64,000 bases of DNA from a virus: positions 19,208 to 83,207 of IMG/VR virus record IMGVR_UViG_3300034170_000023. One strand, written 5' to 3'. The position numbers and the translations under genes are program-made. Each line of letters opens with the position of its first letter. The stretch's first letter is position 1. Under the pieces are notes generated by a model. It was not told the origin of the DNA and made no database searches. It saw nothing but the letters and a program-made list of their open reading frames with translations. Below are positions 40,412 to 51,533 of the stretch, in pieces.

Positions 40412-40969
40412 TTAACTCTCCACAAATTTAATCAGTCGTTGTTTATCTTCTTCATTGTGCAAATTGAAACAAGGGATATCATACTTCTTAGCTAACTCCC
40501 AAGCTGTCTTAGTACCACCAGAGATATTACCGTGTTTGTCAACTTTCGCCCAGCAGATAAGGAAATTACTTGGGGTACTAAGATTTGATCCTAGCACTTG
40601 AAATGTGTTCCGTGCATGTAAAGCCTTAGCTCCTGTAGAGCACCTATCCCATGCTGGGTGTATTTCAGATGCTAGCTGATAAGCTTCTACTTTCTTAGGC
40701 ATCCTATCCAACACCTTGTACCAGTCTTTGTAGTAATCATCATACTTAACGAATGACGCCCAAGGAATATAGAGTTGTGCAAGTGTTACACGTTCGTCTA
40801 TCTGTTCAGCATATGCCTTAGCACCTTCCTCAAAGGCTGTATCTGCACCACCGGCTGAACCACTTCTAAGGATAAACCCTTTCTGTGCAAGCTTGAATGC
40901 AATATCTGTCATAAGCTTTAGGATATCTTTAGGCGTCTCTCGTGAACCAATTCCTGTATATGTTTTCAT
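40412..40969 (-). CDS. SLOG/DprA-like nucleotide-binding protein
   Basis: YTGIGSRETP, RSG.AGGAD.AFE.G, HPAW, RN..QVLG, GGT. Confidence 0.8.
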   Translation of the reverse strand: MKTYTGIGSRETPKDILKLMTDIAFKLAQKGFILRSGSAGGADTAFEEGAKAYAEQIDERVTLAQLYIPWASFVKYDDYYKDWYKVLDRMPKKVEAYQLASEIHPAWDRCSTGAKALHARNTFQVLGSNLSTPSNFLICWAKVDKHGNISGGTKTAWELAKKYDIPCFNLHNEEDKQRLIKFVES

Positions 40970-42016
40970 CTCTCACCACCTACCTTTTCTATACCAAGGG
41001 TTCTTAGGGCGTTCATTCTTATCAAACTCTTCCAGTGCAAACTCAATAAGAGCTTGTCTGATTTGTTCGTGTGTCTCTTTAAAGATTGGTTTATCATCAG
41101 CCCACCCTGTAATCTCTACGCCATCAATCCATAAAGAAATGTCTTCTGAACTATACTTCACTTATACCTCCACATTAATAAAAGTTTTAATGTGCTGGAT
41201 ATCTACACCAAAGCTAGTAAGGTACTTACAAATCTTCAGGGCAGCCACACTATCAACACACTTACCTGTGATAAGTATACGACTATTTTCCTTATCAATC
41301 TCCAGTACTATCAGTGTGTCCTGCGCATTCAACTGATTCCAGATATGACATACGCACTCAACAACCTTAACATCACCTAGCTTTGTGTGCAGGTACCCAA
41401 GACTTGTGTATTCTACTGGTAGATTATAGTTTAAATAGCTCATCTCTAGCTACCTCTTCTCCTTAACTACAAACCCGTCAAGATGCCCTAGTAATAGCTC
41501 AATCTGTTTTTGTTTACTCTCGATGTTCTGGAATTCGGCAGTAAGATCTTTTATCTTATCAGCCTGTTTACCGGTAGTCCATAATAGGCTGATCCATACA
41601 CCAAGAAATAGGCAAGCTAACGTACTGGTTTTCATTCTTCTTTCTCCTGTACCACAAATGTCATCTCTCACTCACCCTCTCAACATCCCCATCACACATC
41701 TCCCTAAGCGTTTTCATACTTTCCTCTATGCTTGAATAAAACTCTACACACTCACACTCTTGGTAGCAGCCACTCTTCACCCTACTCCACCAGAATGTAT
41801 TATCAACATCCACAGAGTTGTAAGGAGCTTCTAGTAGGAATGCGTATACATCCCACCAACTGTTAAATGATTTAGTCATCTGCCCTCCACTCATCAAGTG
41901 CCTCAGTTAAACCTTTATGGAATATCTTAGGATCTGACACATATCTCTGTGCGTACTCCTTGATTGTCTCATTCATAAGTAATTCTCTCCATAATACAAT
42001 ATCTCCAGTATAACAT

Positions 42017-42554
42017 TCAGAGCAGCCTACATTTTTCATTCAATAGCTCCTGTAGTTCATCTAGAGGATACTCATCTAAGTCACTTTCTAGTTTAAACCC
42101 CTTACCAGCCACTTGAATCATACCATCTCCAGCTTTGTCATTATCACCAATACCAATTAGGTTGTAATCCATAGTGTGCAACCAAGACTTCATTGGCTTA
42201 GGGTGACTGGTGAGTAGGGCTAGTGCATTGTATCCTAACATATGCAGAGTAGATGCTTTGAAGATCCCTTCCACTAGATACAAATCTTTCTTATTAGGGT
42301 CTAGCGTCTCCAATCCCCAGCAAGCATTAACTCCCCGTTGACTGTATGTGAAGTATCGGCTAAGCCTTGGATCATTCAGACGTTTAGCTTGCTCATCTGG
42401 TCTATATTGCTGGTCTATATTGCTGGTATCCTAAGAACTGTCCACACAAGTTAGTGAGATATACAGTAAGAATATTATTATCTTCATCTAAGACTTGATT
42501 CACATATCTGGTTGAATCGTAGTGTCTCGATAGTAAATGTTTTTGTAGACTCAT
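42017..42554 (-). pseudogene. Small Toprim (primase-like) gene frameshifted by a 13-bp tandem duplication
   Basis: Removing one CTGGTCTATATTG copy (42397-42422) joins MSLQKHLLSRH...GYQQYRP to DEQAK...WGLETLD...VEGIF...GDNDKAG. Confidence 0.75.
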
Positions 42555-43447
42555 AAACACTCCCCACTTAATTACTGTTTATGAAACCTTCTGTATAACC
42601 AATCCAAGTTTCATAATGATATCTTCCAACTTCATCAGTGTCAACTTCCCATTATGATCTTTCACAAACGTACTCATCACACCATTAGTATTCACCACTG
42701 TAAACACATCATCACTCCCTTCAAAGCTTACTGAGGATACACTCTTCAGAATAGCTCCATCAAGAGTTTTGAAGATTGGTGTATTGTTTGTAGACATACG
42801 GCATTTAATTTGATTCATTAGTCCCAACGTCCTTTACGATAATATGGTTTAGGTTTAATATTACTAATCTCCTCAGAACACTCAACTTGATCATGAGTGC
42901 TATTAAGGATATATTTCATCCTAAGATGTTCCTCAATGCTTGCAAGCTTAATATCAATCTCTTTCCATTGGTCCTGTGACATACCTGATGTGTCTATACC
43001 AAGGTGGGTTATCATTCGATCAATAATCATTACAAATTCTCCAAGTCTCTTTCAAAATAATAATCCCTAGCATCATCCACACCATCCCAATAACCTCTCC
43101 GGTAATCCATCCAAGATGTCTGTGTAGAAAGAGAGCAGAATACGTCTCCGCACATCTCAATATCACGTTCAGAGATTGTACAGTGTTGGATGAATGACGC
43201 TAGGAGTTCTTCTTGTGTTTTCAACGTCGTCCACTATTCAGGAGATTAATGATTTCAACTTTTACCCTACCAAGGTACTGCCAAGCTTCTACTGAGAAAG
43301 AATTTGTATAGTGAATAGCTTCCCCAATATTTAAGCCCATACATTTATACTCTTGTTCAATCATATAAATCTCAGATTCGACCATGTGTAGAAGTGCAGC
43401 GTTGACAGCCCGCATCTGGAACATTTCTTGATACTGCTCTAAAGTTT

Positions 43448-43885
43448 TCATTCTCCAAACATCCTACTCTCAAGTTTCCTTACAACATCCAGCACACCAT
43501 CAAAATCAAAGTTGTAAGCTAGGTTCCTAATATTGTGTAGGTCTTCTCGGAATTCTCCAAACACAGCTTGAATGATTGAGCGCTTTGTTTCTTCTAGTGC
43601 AATATTAAGTTTACTTGCATGGTGCGGTCCTTCTTGAATAATAATAGAAGTCTCTAGTATCACGCCAAGCTTATACACAGTTCCTATTGAAGACAGACTA
43701 CTAGGTGTATATTCTGACTCCACACTCAAATAGCTTTGCAGCGGTGAACATATAGGTTTTCTTACGTTTGTTTGCACAGCTTTAATCTGTTTTGATAGCT
43801 CACTCATGAGTTTCTCCTTACATGCATGATTTATGGGGTATAAACCATCGCCACTTACTAAGTAGTATGTTTGCTTGTCTTTCAT
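43448..43885 (-). CDS. Hypothetical protein
   Basis: ORF; ends IIQAVFGEFR. Confidence 0.6.
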   Translation of the reverse strand: MKDKQTYYLVSGDGLYPINHACKEKLMSELSKQIKAVQTNVRKPICSPLQSYLSVESEYTPSSLSSIGTVYKLGVILETSIIIQEGPHHASKLNIALEETKRSIIQAVFGEFREDLHNIRNLAYNFDFDGVLDVVRKLESRMFGE

Positions 43886-43916
43886 ATTATCGTCGTTTTA
43901 CACCCCATTTACTCCC

Positions 43917-44327
43917 TCACTTTACACTCTTTTGCCTCGATTTGAAAGGGATTTCTACAGGGAATGTTGGTGGATTAGTGAAATGCTGCTCAATATACTC
44001 TAAAAGTGGCCCTACAACACCAATTGCTGACAGATGTTGGTTCAAACTCACGTATTCTTTGATATTGGAACATCCTGTACTCTCTACGAATAGGTTGATG
44101 TCAAAATTAGCCTTCTTAGCGATACGTCGAAGGTATTTATAGTCACTAGAAGGTTTCCACCACATTGGGAGCTTAGAGCCATACTTTGAAGCTAATTCAA
44201 CCCAGTGTGTGTGGTCAGAGTATTCAGTTTTGAAGTGTGAACGGGCATATTCTTGTTCCTCTAGACGATTGATCTGTATTTGTGCTCTCTGTTCGTCTGT
44301 CATGATGGTGAATGGACTGGTTTTCAT
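43917..44327 (-). CDS. Hypothetical protein
   Basis: ORF. Confidence 0.55.
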   Translation of the reverse strand: MKTSPFTIMTDEQRAQIQINRLEEQEYARSHFKTEYSDHTHWVELASKYGSKLPMWWKPSSDYKYLRRIAKKANFDINLFVESTGCSNIKEYVSLNQHLSAIGVVGPLLEYIEQHFTNPPTFPVEIPFKSRQKSVK

Positions 44328-44686
44328 TTAGTATGCCTTCTTATATAAAATCTTACCACAGCAAATACACTGTAAACTGTACCAAGTACCTTCATAACTA
44401 CCACTATCTTTCTTAATGGAGTACGGTCCTTGAGATATAATCTTAAATTCATGTACTCCTAAGAAGCACCATAGCTTAGTTTTCATGTGTTTCTCCAATA
44501 TTAATCATTCTTTCTCTCCTTCAGCATCATTAGCACATTCCAATAACATATTAATTTCCTGTAAAGCCTCTTCAAGAAGGATATTCTCAGGTATATTTAA
44601 AGCCTTACTAATCTTCTTTGAGCGTGTATAGGCTTTTAGAAGGTCTTTGTGTAAGAGTGTGAGGTGTTTGGTTAGTTGTTTTGGTG

Positions 44687-45193
44687 TCATTTATAAGTCT
44701 TCTCTTTGATGTCTAGTCGTTTACGGACTTCATTAAGGTCAATTGGAAAGTAGCCTGTATGTTCCATACAAACATTCAAGTATTTAGGGTCATCAATTTT
44801 GTCAAAGTGCATATGCCCATGAACATTAAACTTTCCACGAAGCTCTTGTGGATGTATTGGTGCATGACTCAACCACATACCCTTGTACTTATGTAAACTA
44901 TATACAGCATCGTATGTGTCACACAAGTCTTTCATGGAAATGCCACGCTCAAGGTCATGATTGCCACAGATCAATACTTTCTTCTCAGCAGTCCATGTCT
45001 TAATGTCCACTAAATGCTCTTTAGTAAAGCACATGTCGCCCAACATAAACACTACATCTCGTTTAGTCACGATTTTGTGATAGTTCTCCTTGATGGCATC
45101 ATTATGCTCATCCACAGAGCTAAACTGACTCCTAAAATTACAGATATTCTTGTGCCCCATATGAGCATCACTCATAAACCATACGTTTGCCAC
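44687..45193 (-). CDS. Metallophosphoesterase
   Basis: SDAH.GH, LGD, GNHD, SH.P, HGH.H. Confidence 0.88.
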   Translation of the reverse strand: MANVWFMSDAHMGHKNICNFRSQFSSVDEHNDAIKENYHKIVTKRDVVFMLGDMCFTKEHLVDIKTWTAEKKVLICGNHDLERGISMKDLCDTYDAVYSLHKYKGMWLSHAPIHPQELRGKFNVHGHMHFDKIDDPKYLNVCMEHTGYFPIDLNEVRKRLDIKEKTYK

Positions 45194-45511
45194 TAAAATT
45201 CTCCTTCTCTATTTACCAAGCACCAATTATAAAGAAAGCCGTCTCCCTATGCAAGCAGAAACGGCTAATATTACTCAAATAAATGTTCATTTTCTAGGAA
45301 ATAGTCAGAAAGCATCTCGCTCAGCTCTCGATCAGACCAATCACCAGCTCCAACGTTGATTTCTACATATTCTCCGTGGTGTGAGTATTCTTTGGAGGTG
45401 TATTCAAAGTCTTTTAGCCATTCTTCCTGAACCTCCATACCAAGATACGTGTCATGACCACCCAAACGTGTTCTACTAATCATTGAACTGTAAGAGGACC
45501 AAGTATACTTG

Positions 45512-46603
45512 TCAAATATCTGGATAAAATTCTCCATTTTTAAATTCCCCGTCTCTAATGCAAAGTCCAGTAGGAAACTGAGGCAGCTTGCTGTCCTTGT
45601 AGCGAGTTTGGAATTTTACAGTAAGCTTCTTACCAATAAACTGGCTCGGAAACATTAACTGATACTTTCGTTGTTCAAAGTCACCATAGGTTACCGTAAA
45701 GTAATCTTTTGCTACGGAATCATATACCTCAAATACAGCATTGTTGTTCTTATCCTCTAGAACTGCAACAATCTCAAACTCTTCGTCTAGAAATTCCTTA
45801 TATTTCTGACTATCTGCTGAACGCTTACCTGATTCATATACACCAGAGCCATTACGAAGCATCAACCCTTCAAACCCACGAGCAACACTGTCTTTATGGT
45901 GGACTTTCATGTCTTGCTCAGATTCAACATTGACATAATCAATAACTTGTACCTGTGTTCCTAGCATACGCTTTGTCAAAGCTCTGATTGTATTGACTCG
46001 TGTACTAAACTCTTCATCATTAACAACATCAAATACTACAAACCCAAGAAAAGGTGTTAGTTCATTAGGTTTCTTGATAGCAGAAACAATCTCTTCTAGG
46101 TAATTACCCTTAATGAACAGTTCACCATCCCAAATCTCACCCTCTTTCATAATGGCAGATAGTTGACCTTGAAGGTGCTTCACATCATATAGCTTACCAC
46201 CACGGGATTTCAAGGTGATAACACCATCTTCACAGATAGCTAAAGCTCGGCATCCGTCCATCTTGTCACTGCCCCAGCAAGGATATTTAATACGATGTCC
46301 TTGTTTGGTGTAGTCAGCACTCAGCATTGGAAGGATATCTAAGTCTTGCAACTCTTCTTTATTCTCTCGATAACCCTTATCTTTCTGTTTAGCTACTTTA
46401 CTGAGAGCTTCTAGTTCAGCTTGTTGTGCTGGAGTAGTTTCATTGCTACGTCCAATATTCTTACCCTTGATAGATTCAATCTTTAGCTGAATCTTACCGT
46501 TTTCTTGACCAAACTCAATAAAGATTTCTTCGTCTTTGGTTTCAACAGCCCACAGCTTGAAGCCTCCCGCTTTATTGAGGCCGTACAGTGTAATCTTTTC
46601 CAA
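45512..46603 (-). CDS. ATP-dependent DNA ligase
   Basis: KMDG.R, DGE, FDVV, EGLMLR, Y..GKRS, PQFP; WGR-like N-terminus. Confidence 0.92.
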   Translation of the reverse strand: MEKITLYGLNKAGGFKLWAVETKDEEIFIEFGQENGKIQLKIESIKGKNIGRSNETTPAQQAELEALSKVAKQKDKGYRENKEELQDLDILPMLSADYTKQGHRIKYPCWGSDKMDGCRALAICEDGVITLKSRGGKLYDVKHLQGQLSAIMKEGEIWDGELFIKGNYLEEIVSAIKKPNELTPFLGFVVFDVVNDEEFSTRVNTIRALTKRMLGTQVQVIDYVNVESEQDMKVHHKDSVARGFEGLMLRNGSGVYESGKRSADSQKYKEFLDEEFEIVAVLEDKNNNAVFEVYDSVAKDYFTVTYGDFEQRKYQLMFPSQFIGKKLTVKFQTRYKDSKLPQFPTGLCIRDGEFKNGEFYPDI

Positions 46604-46614
46604 TTTAATTCTCC

Positions 46615-47022
46615 TTAAATTTTAAGTGTTGGTATTCCATGCAGCTTTAAATACTCAATACCTTCTGTAGACCTATAATCATGTCGGTAGAATACCTTCT
46701 CAACTCCAGCTTCAACTAATTCTACACTACAAGCCAAACATGGGCAATGACTAACCACAAGAATTGCACCAATAGAAGTTTCAGTTGATTTCCTGAGCTT
46801 ATCTAGGCAAGCAATTTCTGCATGACGTGTAGCTGCTGTAGTTTTACCTTCTGAATCCTCGCATTGATTAGTGCGCCAGCCTGATCTTGTCCCATTAGTG
46901 CCAAGAGCAATGATGTTATCGTTCTTATATAACAAGCTACCTACTTTTAAGCGTGTTGCTTCGCTAGTCTCCCCAAACCTGCAAGCCATATCCATAAGTG
47001 CCTGTAAATATTTCTCTTTAAT
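46615..47022 (-). CDS. dCMP deaminase
   Basis: G.NG, HAE, PCLAC; probable ATT start 7 nt after AAGGAG (track start 46995). Confidence 0.88.
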   Translation of the reverse strand: MKEKYLQALMDMACRFGETSEATRLKVGSLLYKNDNIIALGTNGTRSGWRTNQCEDSEGKTTAATRHAEIACLDKLRKSTETSIGAILVVSHCPCLACSVELVEAGVEKVFYRHDYRSTEGIEYLKLHGIPTLKI

Positions 47023-47263
47023 TTTAATTCTCCTTATTCACCAAGTCAACTCTGAGCCGTCTTCATCCAATAGCTTAATCTCAACACCTTTGTCACGGAG
47101 TATTGCTAGTAAGTGGGATTCTGAAAAGGCTTCATAAGTAATACCCTCTTGTTCAGCAATAGAGTTGAGATGATCACCTAGCCAGTACATACCAACTCCA
47201 TCCATCTCGTAAATACCATCTTCTTTGTCAATGTACTGAATTACATAGCTCATTAGTTTCTCC

Positions 47264-47599
47264 TTAACTTGGACGAAGGTTTGCTGCAAAGCCCCTGCGT
47301 GTATTTGTTCCCGTGCAGCTATAACCAGAGTTTTCTTGTTTACTTTTACTCTTGATCGTCTTACCAGTCTTTACAACATAACGTGACGTACCAAAGATTT
47401 CATCACATTTATCTTGGGCAGCTTTCCTATCTGATGTCTTATAGAAGTAGTAGTCTTGCATAGCACTAACTGAGAAATAAGTGCCCGGCTCCACAAAGTC
47501 ATATGAAGTATAATCTGTAAAGGACACAATAACTACCTCGACCTCTTTTACCTTTACTTTCTTTTCCAATGCCTTAGCCATACTATGTAAATCTCCCAT
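47264..47599 (-). CDS. Hypothetical protein
   Basis: ORF in operon. Confidence 0.6.
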   Translation of the reverse strand: MGDLHSMAKALEKKVKVKEVEVVIVSFTDYTSYDFVEPGTYFSVSAMQDYYFYKTSDRKAAQDKCDEIFGTSRYVVKTGKTIKSKSKQENSGYSCTGTNTRRGFAANLRPS

Positions 47600-48413
47600 T
47601 AGTTATTTCCACAATACTTGTATGACAGCTTCATTCAATTTACCTTTCTTGGTGACAAACTCTACTTTAGTTAGAGTAGCTTCATTGCCAAGTCGATCTA
47701 TAAACTCTTCTTTCCATTTCTTAATTAAAGTGTTGCCATCAGCTAGATAATAAGGAATGTGTGGAATAATCTTAACAACACCCATCATTGCATATCATCC
47801 CAACCATCATAATTTGCATAGTCATCTTCTGGGTATGTTGCTGGTTCATCATCCCAAACTAAATCTAGAGGTTCTTCATCTTCGTAGTATTCATCAACAC
47901 ATTTATCCAAGAAGATATCATAAGCTGAATTACTCATATTCAATCCCATCCATAATAGCTGCCATAATTTCCTCACCAAGCTCCTCTAGCATATCTTGAG
48001 AGGACAAATCAAAGTGTTCATATTGCTGTGAGTGTGTAAAGTAAGAGTAGAAGTTGTTCATACATCCTCCTCTTCAGATTCTTTGTAGGAGTCAAGTTGT
48101 TCTTGGAGTTCTTGTTGATATTCTTTAGTTAGTTCTTGAATCTCTTCTTGTGAAATCATTTTGTTTCTCCTTTAGGTAATACAGCAGCAGTTCGTAGTTT
48201 TAACCAAGCATCACCAACTAAATCTTGAAACTGATCTTTACCACGTACACCATCTTCAAGAATGTATTGTTCTAGTGTATAGAGAACAATATCAATAGGG
48301 TTAATTGTATTTGTGTGTACAAGGTTGTCGATAACGTCTTCGTAGTTCATGTGTCTCCCCTTTAATTTGTCTAGGTGCCCATTGTAAGCAGCACCCTATA
48401 TCTTGTCAACCAT

Positions 48414-49148
48414 TTATTTAAGTTTCTTTGCAGCCTTTTCAGCAGCGAGAGTAGCCTTTTGGGCTGCGATTCGTTCAGCGGATAGTGCTGCTTGTACACC
48501 TTTCTGCACAGCTTCTTGGATAATTGACTCTAGGGATGCTTCTGGTTCGTCAGAATTGCATTCTGTGCAGTCTTCTTTGCCACAACCTTGATTCTCACGA
48601 TATTCTTGCAAACTGTCAAGTCGTTCTGCAATATTCTCTACATCAAAGTAAAATGGTGTCCCTTTAATCACATCTGACAGCTCATCAACACTAAGGAATC
48701 CAGAATATACGTTATTATACAATCGTTTTAGCTGACCTCGTGAAAAATTAGCATGTTCAAGTATGTCCGTATCCTTTCCTGATAGTCCATAGCTACTTGT
48801 GTGGATCATTAGGCTAGAAGTATCATCAATAATCCATTCTCGTGCAGACAGGGCAATGATACTACCAGCAGAAGCCACTTCTGGTCCAATAACTGCAATA
48901 GTATGAGCCGAACAACTGTTTAGTGCCCGTACAAATAGCATTGCTGTGTCTAGATAGCCTCCCGGAGTACATAGGTCAAGAATTACAGTATCTTGCTCAC
49001 CAGCACCATTGATTACGTCAAACTCTTCTACCCATTCAGTTGGTTCAGAGATAGGTTCATGGATTTTAATAACATAAGTCATACCACCATTATGGCTTGA
49101 GGTAATACGTGACTGTTTTGGTAGTAGCATCAGTTCTTCATGTTTCAT
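48414..49148 (-). CDS. ClpP-like serine protease
   Basis: TPGG, VASAGS, LMIH motifs. Confidence 0.8.
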   Translation of the reverse strand: MKHEELMLLPKQSRITSSHNGGMTYVIKIHEPISEPTEWVEEFDVINGAGEQDTVILDLCTPGGYLDTAMLFVRALNSCSAHTIAVIGPEVASAGSIIALSAREWIIDDTSSLMIHTSSYGLSGKDTDILEHANFSRGQLKRLYNNVYSGFLSVDELSDVIKGTPFYFDVENIAERLDSLQEYRENQGCGKEDCTECNSDEPEASLESIIQEAVQKGVQAALSAERIAAQKATLAAEKAAKKLK

Positions 49149-49157
49149 GGAAATTCC

Positions 49158-49949
49158 TTATCGTGGTGACGGGCCTTCAGCTTCAAAGATTTCTACAAAG
49201 ATGCGAGTAAGACCCGACCTTACAATATCTGCTGGTGTGAATTCAACTACACCACAATTTGGGATTTTATGTTTCTTAACCAAATCACACAGATATTGAA
49301 TGCCAGACAAACCCGGAATGTCACGTTGCTTATCGTCCCCACAGAATGCAGCCTGACTTCCTGTTGCTAGCCGAGTAACAAGACTTCTTACTTCATCTGG
49401 TGTGCAGTTCTGCGATTCATCAATGATGACATAAGTTTTGAAATCAAAGTTCATGCCCCTTACTGCTTCCATTGGCTGGATTAAAATATTCTTACCAAAG
49501 TCAGCTTCATACTTTGCAGCGCCAATTGTATCTTTAATAGTGTTTAGGATCGGCAAAAGGTATGGTTCCAACTTGGCACGAATATCTCCGGGCCAAAAGC
49601 CTGATGATTTACCCATGCCAACTAATGGTCGCATCACTACAATCTGATCAATCTCACCTTTAAGGTATTTATTAGCTGCAACACTAGCTGCACACCATGA
49701 CTTACCACTGCCTGCACTTCCACGCCCCACTGTAATTGCTGAGAATTGCAAGCTATCAAGGTACAGTTTCTGGTTCTCTGTCTTAGCAATGATAGGTTTT
49801 ACTCGTACTTCCTTTTCTTCACGGAACTTTTCAGCAACACTCTCAGGTTTACCACCCTGCCGTGTCCGTCGAGTTTTCTTACGAGGCTGCTCTACTTCAA
49901 TACCATCAATGATTTCAATGAAATGCTTGTTGTGACTTCCCATTATCAA
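49158..49949 (-). CDS. phoH: PhoH-family ATPase
   Basis: GSAGSGKS, RP, GF.PG, RG, IIDESQN, TRL, GD..Q.D, DIVRS. Confidence 0.92.
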   Translation of the reverse strand: MIMGSHNKHFIEIIDGIEVEQPRKKTRRTRQGGKPESVAEKFREEKEVRVKPIIAKTENQKLYLDSLQFSAITVGRGSAGSGKSWCAASVAANKYLKGEIDQIVVMRPLVGMGKSSGFWPGDIRAKLEPYLLPILNTIKDTIGAAKYEADFGKNILIQPMEAVRGMNFDFKTYVIIDESQNCTPDEVRSLVTRLATGSQAAFCGDDKQRDIPGLSGIQYLCDLVKKHKIPNCGVVEFTPADIVRSGLTRIFVEIFEAEGPSPR

Positions 49950-49978
49950 TATCCTTACGTTTAGTTTAGAAAACTCTC

Positions 49979-51505
49979 TTATGAGAGCCGAGCACGGATT
50001 GTATCAAGTGTTACACGATTCAACAATACACCATTTTCAAAGATAGTTTTAAGTTCTCCTTCTGTTTCTAACTGTTCGCTAACTTGGTCAATAAGAATAA
50101 ACTTACCATTGGCATCCTTTTCTACTTTCAACAAACCTTTTGCAGACTTCTTTTTACTGTCAGTCTTTGGATCTTTAAAGATATTCACAGGATTACCATT
50201 GACAACTGAGTAGGTAGCCTTTACAGCAAAACCAAAAGTGTCTCGTGTATTGCACTGATAGGTATAGCTACCAACTCCAAACACTACGTTACCACTTGCA
50301 AAACCTTTCTTCTCCAGTCGAGTCAGAATCTCAAGAGCACGTTTGGTTGTAATACTATCCCCATAGATCAAGCCAATATGAGAGTCAAGTAGTTTATAGC
50401 CTTTGTCTGTGATTGTACCACCGAAGGTTTCCCACAACACCTCAATTGCACCTTTGTATTCAGCACTGCCTACTTCAGCTTCTTCGTCACCACAAACAAC
50501 TTTTACAGGATCACCAGAGTCAGGGCGGATAACAAGCTTGCCCGGAGCTACATTTGAAGCTTCACGATTAACAATAACTTCTTTCAATGAAGGTAGAATA
50601 TCTGTAAGTACGCTCCAGAAGTCAAAGGAGTCTGCAACATAACTCACAATCCCTTTTGGGTACTTCTGGGTGATAAGATTGTTCATGAAAATACGTTCAG
50701 CATCTAGTCGAGTATTATGGTCATGATTCAAACCCTGCTCAATACTCAAGATATTATTTGTAGCTACAGCATGTTCTGTTGCTGGTACGCTAATTGCAAT
50801 CAAACCAGTTGCATCATAATAGTCTTCAGCATAATCCATTGCTGGAAGAGTGTCTGTGCCAATAAAACTTGTAAGGTGAGCGAAGCCCGAACGAGCTGCA
50901 TCTTCTGGACCACTCATTCCACGCTCTGAGAAGTCATGACACTGAATGCTAACTGTAAAATCATCTGTACCTGTCAGAGCAGCAAAGTGTTGACAAATCT
51001 TCTTGTATTCACGAGCAATCGTAGCGTTTGTTGCTGTCTTCCAAGTAAGGTTACTGATTACCGTTTCAAGGTAATTAACTAGCCAGAATGCAGAGGGAAG
51101 TGTGTTAGTAATGGTGATTACAGGAACACCCATAGGTACTAGTGAGCCTTCTGGAAGAGCCTTGAACACTAGTGGCAGGTAACCAATATCGTGTAGGTCT
51201 GATAGCTGTTGTGTGGCTGCAACTTCCCCACCGAGATAACCAGCCATACGTGTAGCATATTTACCAATCACTTTCTCTTTAGGTTTTGAGAAGAAGCTGT
51301 CATCCCAAAGCTCTTTAATTTCCTGTACTGCACCTTGAGCACCAACAAACACAAGATTACCATCATAGTATTCTGTAGCATTCCGTGCATAGATCTTATC
51401 AGACCGTGGTGTCAGGTTTGAATAAACCTTTGTTGTTCCGTTGGCATACATACTGCCGTGAGCTACTTTATACCCGTCTGTCACTGTGGCTGCATTCAAT
51501 TTCAT
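49979..51505 (-). CDS. Nicotinamide phosphoribosyltransferase-family enzyme (NadV/Namat-like)
   Basis: TDGYK..H, HDFS.RG, PATEH, RPDSGDP, GLIYGDSIT, RDTFGFA.KAT, KKSAKG. Confidence 0.92.
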   Translation of the reverse strand: MKLNAATVTDGYKVAHGSMYANGTTKVYSNLTPRSDKIYARNATEYYDGNLVFVGAQGAVQEIKELWDDSFFSKPKEKVIGKYATRMAGYLGGEVAATQQLSDLHDIGYLPLVFKALPEGSLVPMGVPVITITNTLPSAFWLVNYLETVISNLTWKTATNATIAREYKKICQHFAALTGTDDFTVSIQCHDFSERGMSGPEDAARSGFAHLTSFIGTDTLPAMDYAEDYYDATGLIAISVPATEHAVATNNILSIEQGLNHDHNTRLDAERIFMNNLITQKYPKGIVSYVADSFDFWSVLTDILPSLKEVIVNREASNVAPGKLVIRPDSGDPVKVVCGDEEAEVGSAEYKGAIEVLWETFGGTITDKGYKLLDSHIGLIYGDSITTKRALEILTRLEKKGFASGNVVFGVGSYTYQCNTRDTFGFAVKATYSVVNGNPVNIFKDPKTDSKKKSAKGLLKVEKDANGKFILIDQVSEQLETEGELKTIFENGVLLNRVTLDTIRARLS

Positions 51506-51533
51506 GTGTTTCTTCTCCTTAATTAAGATTTAT

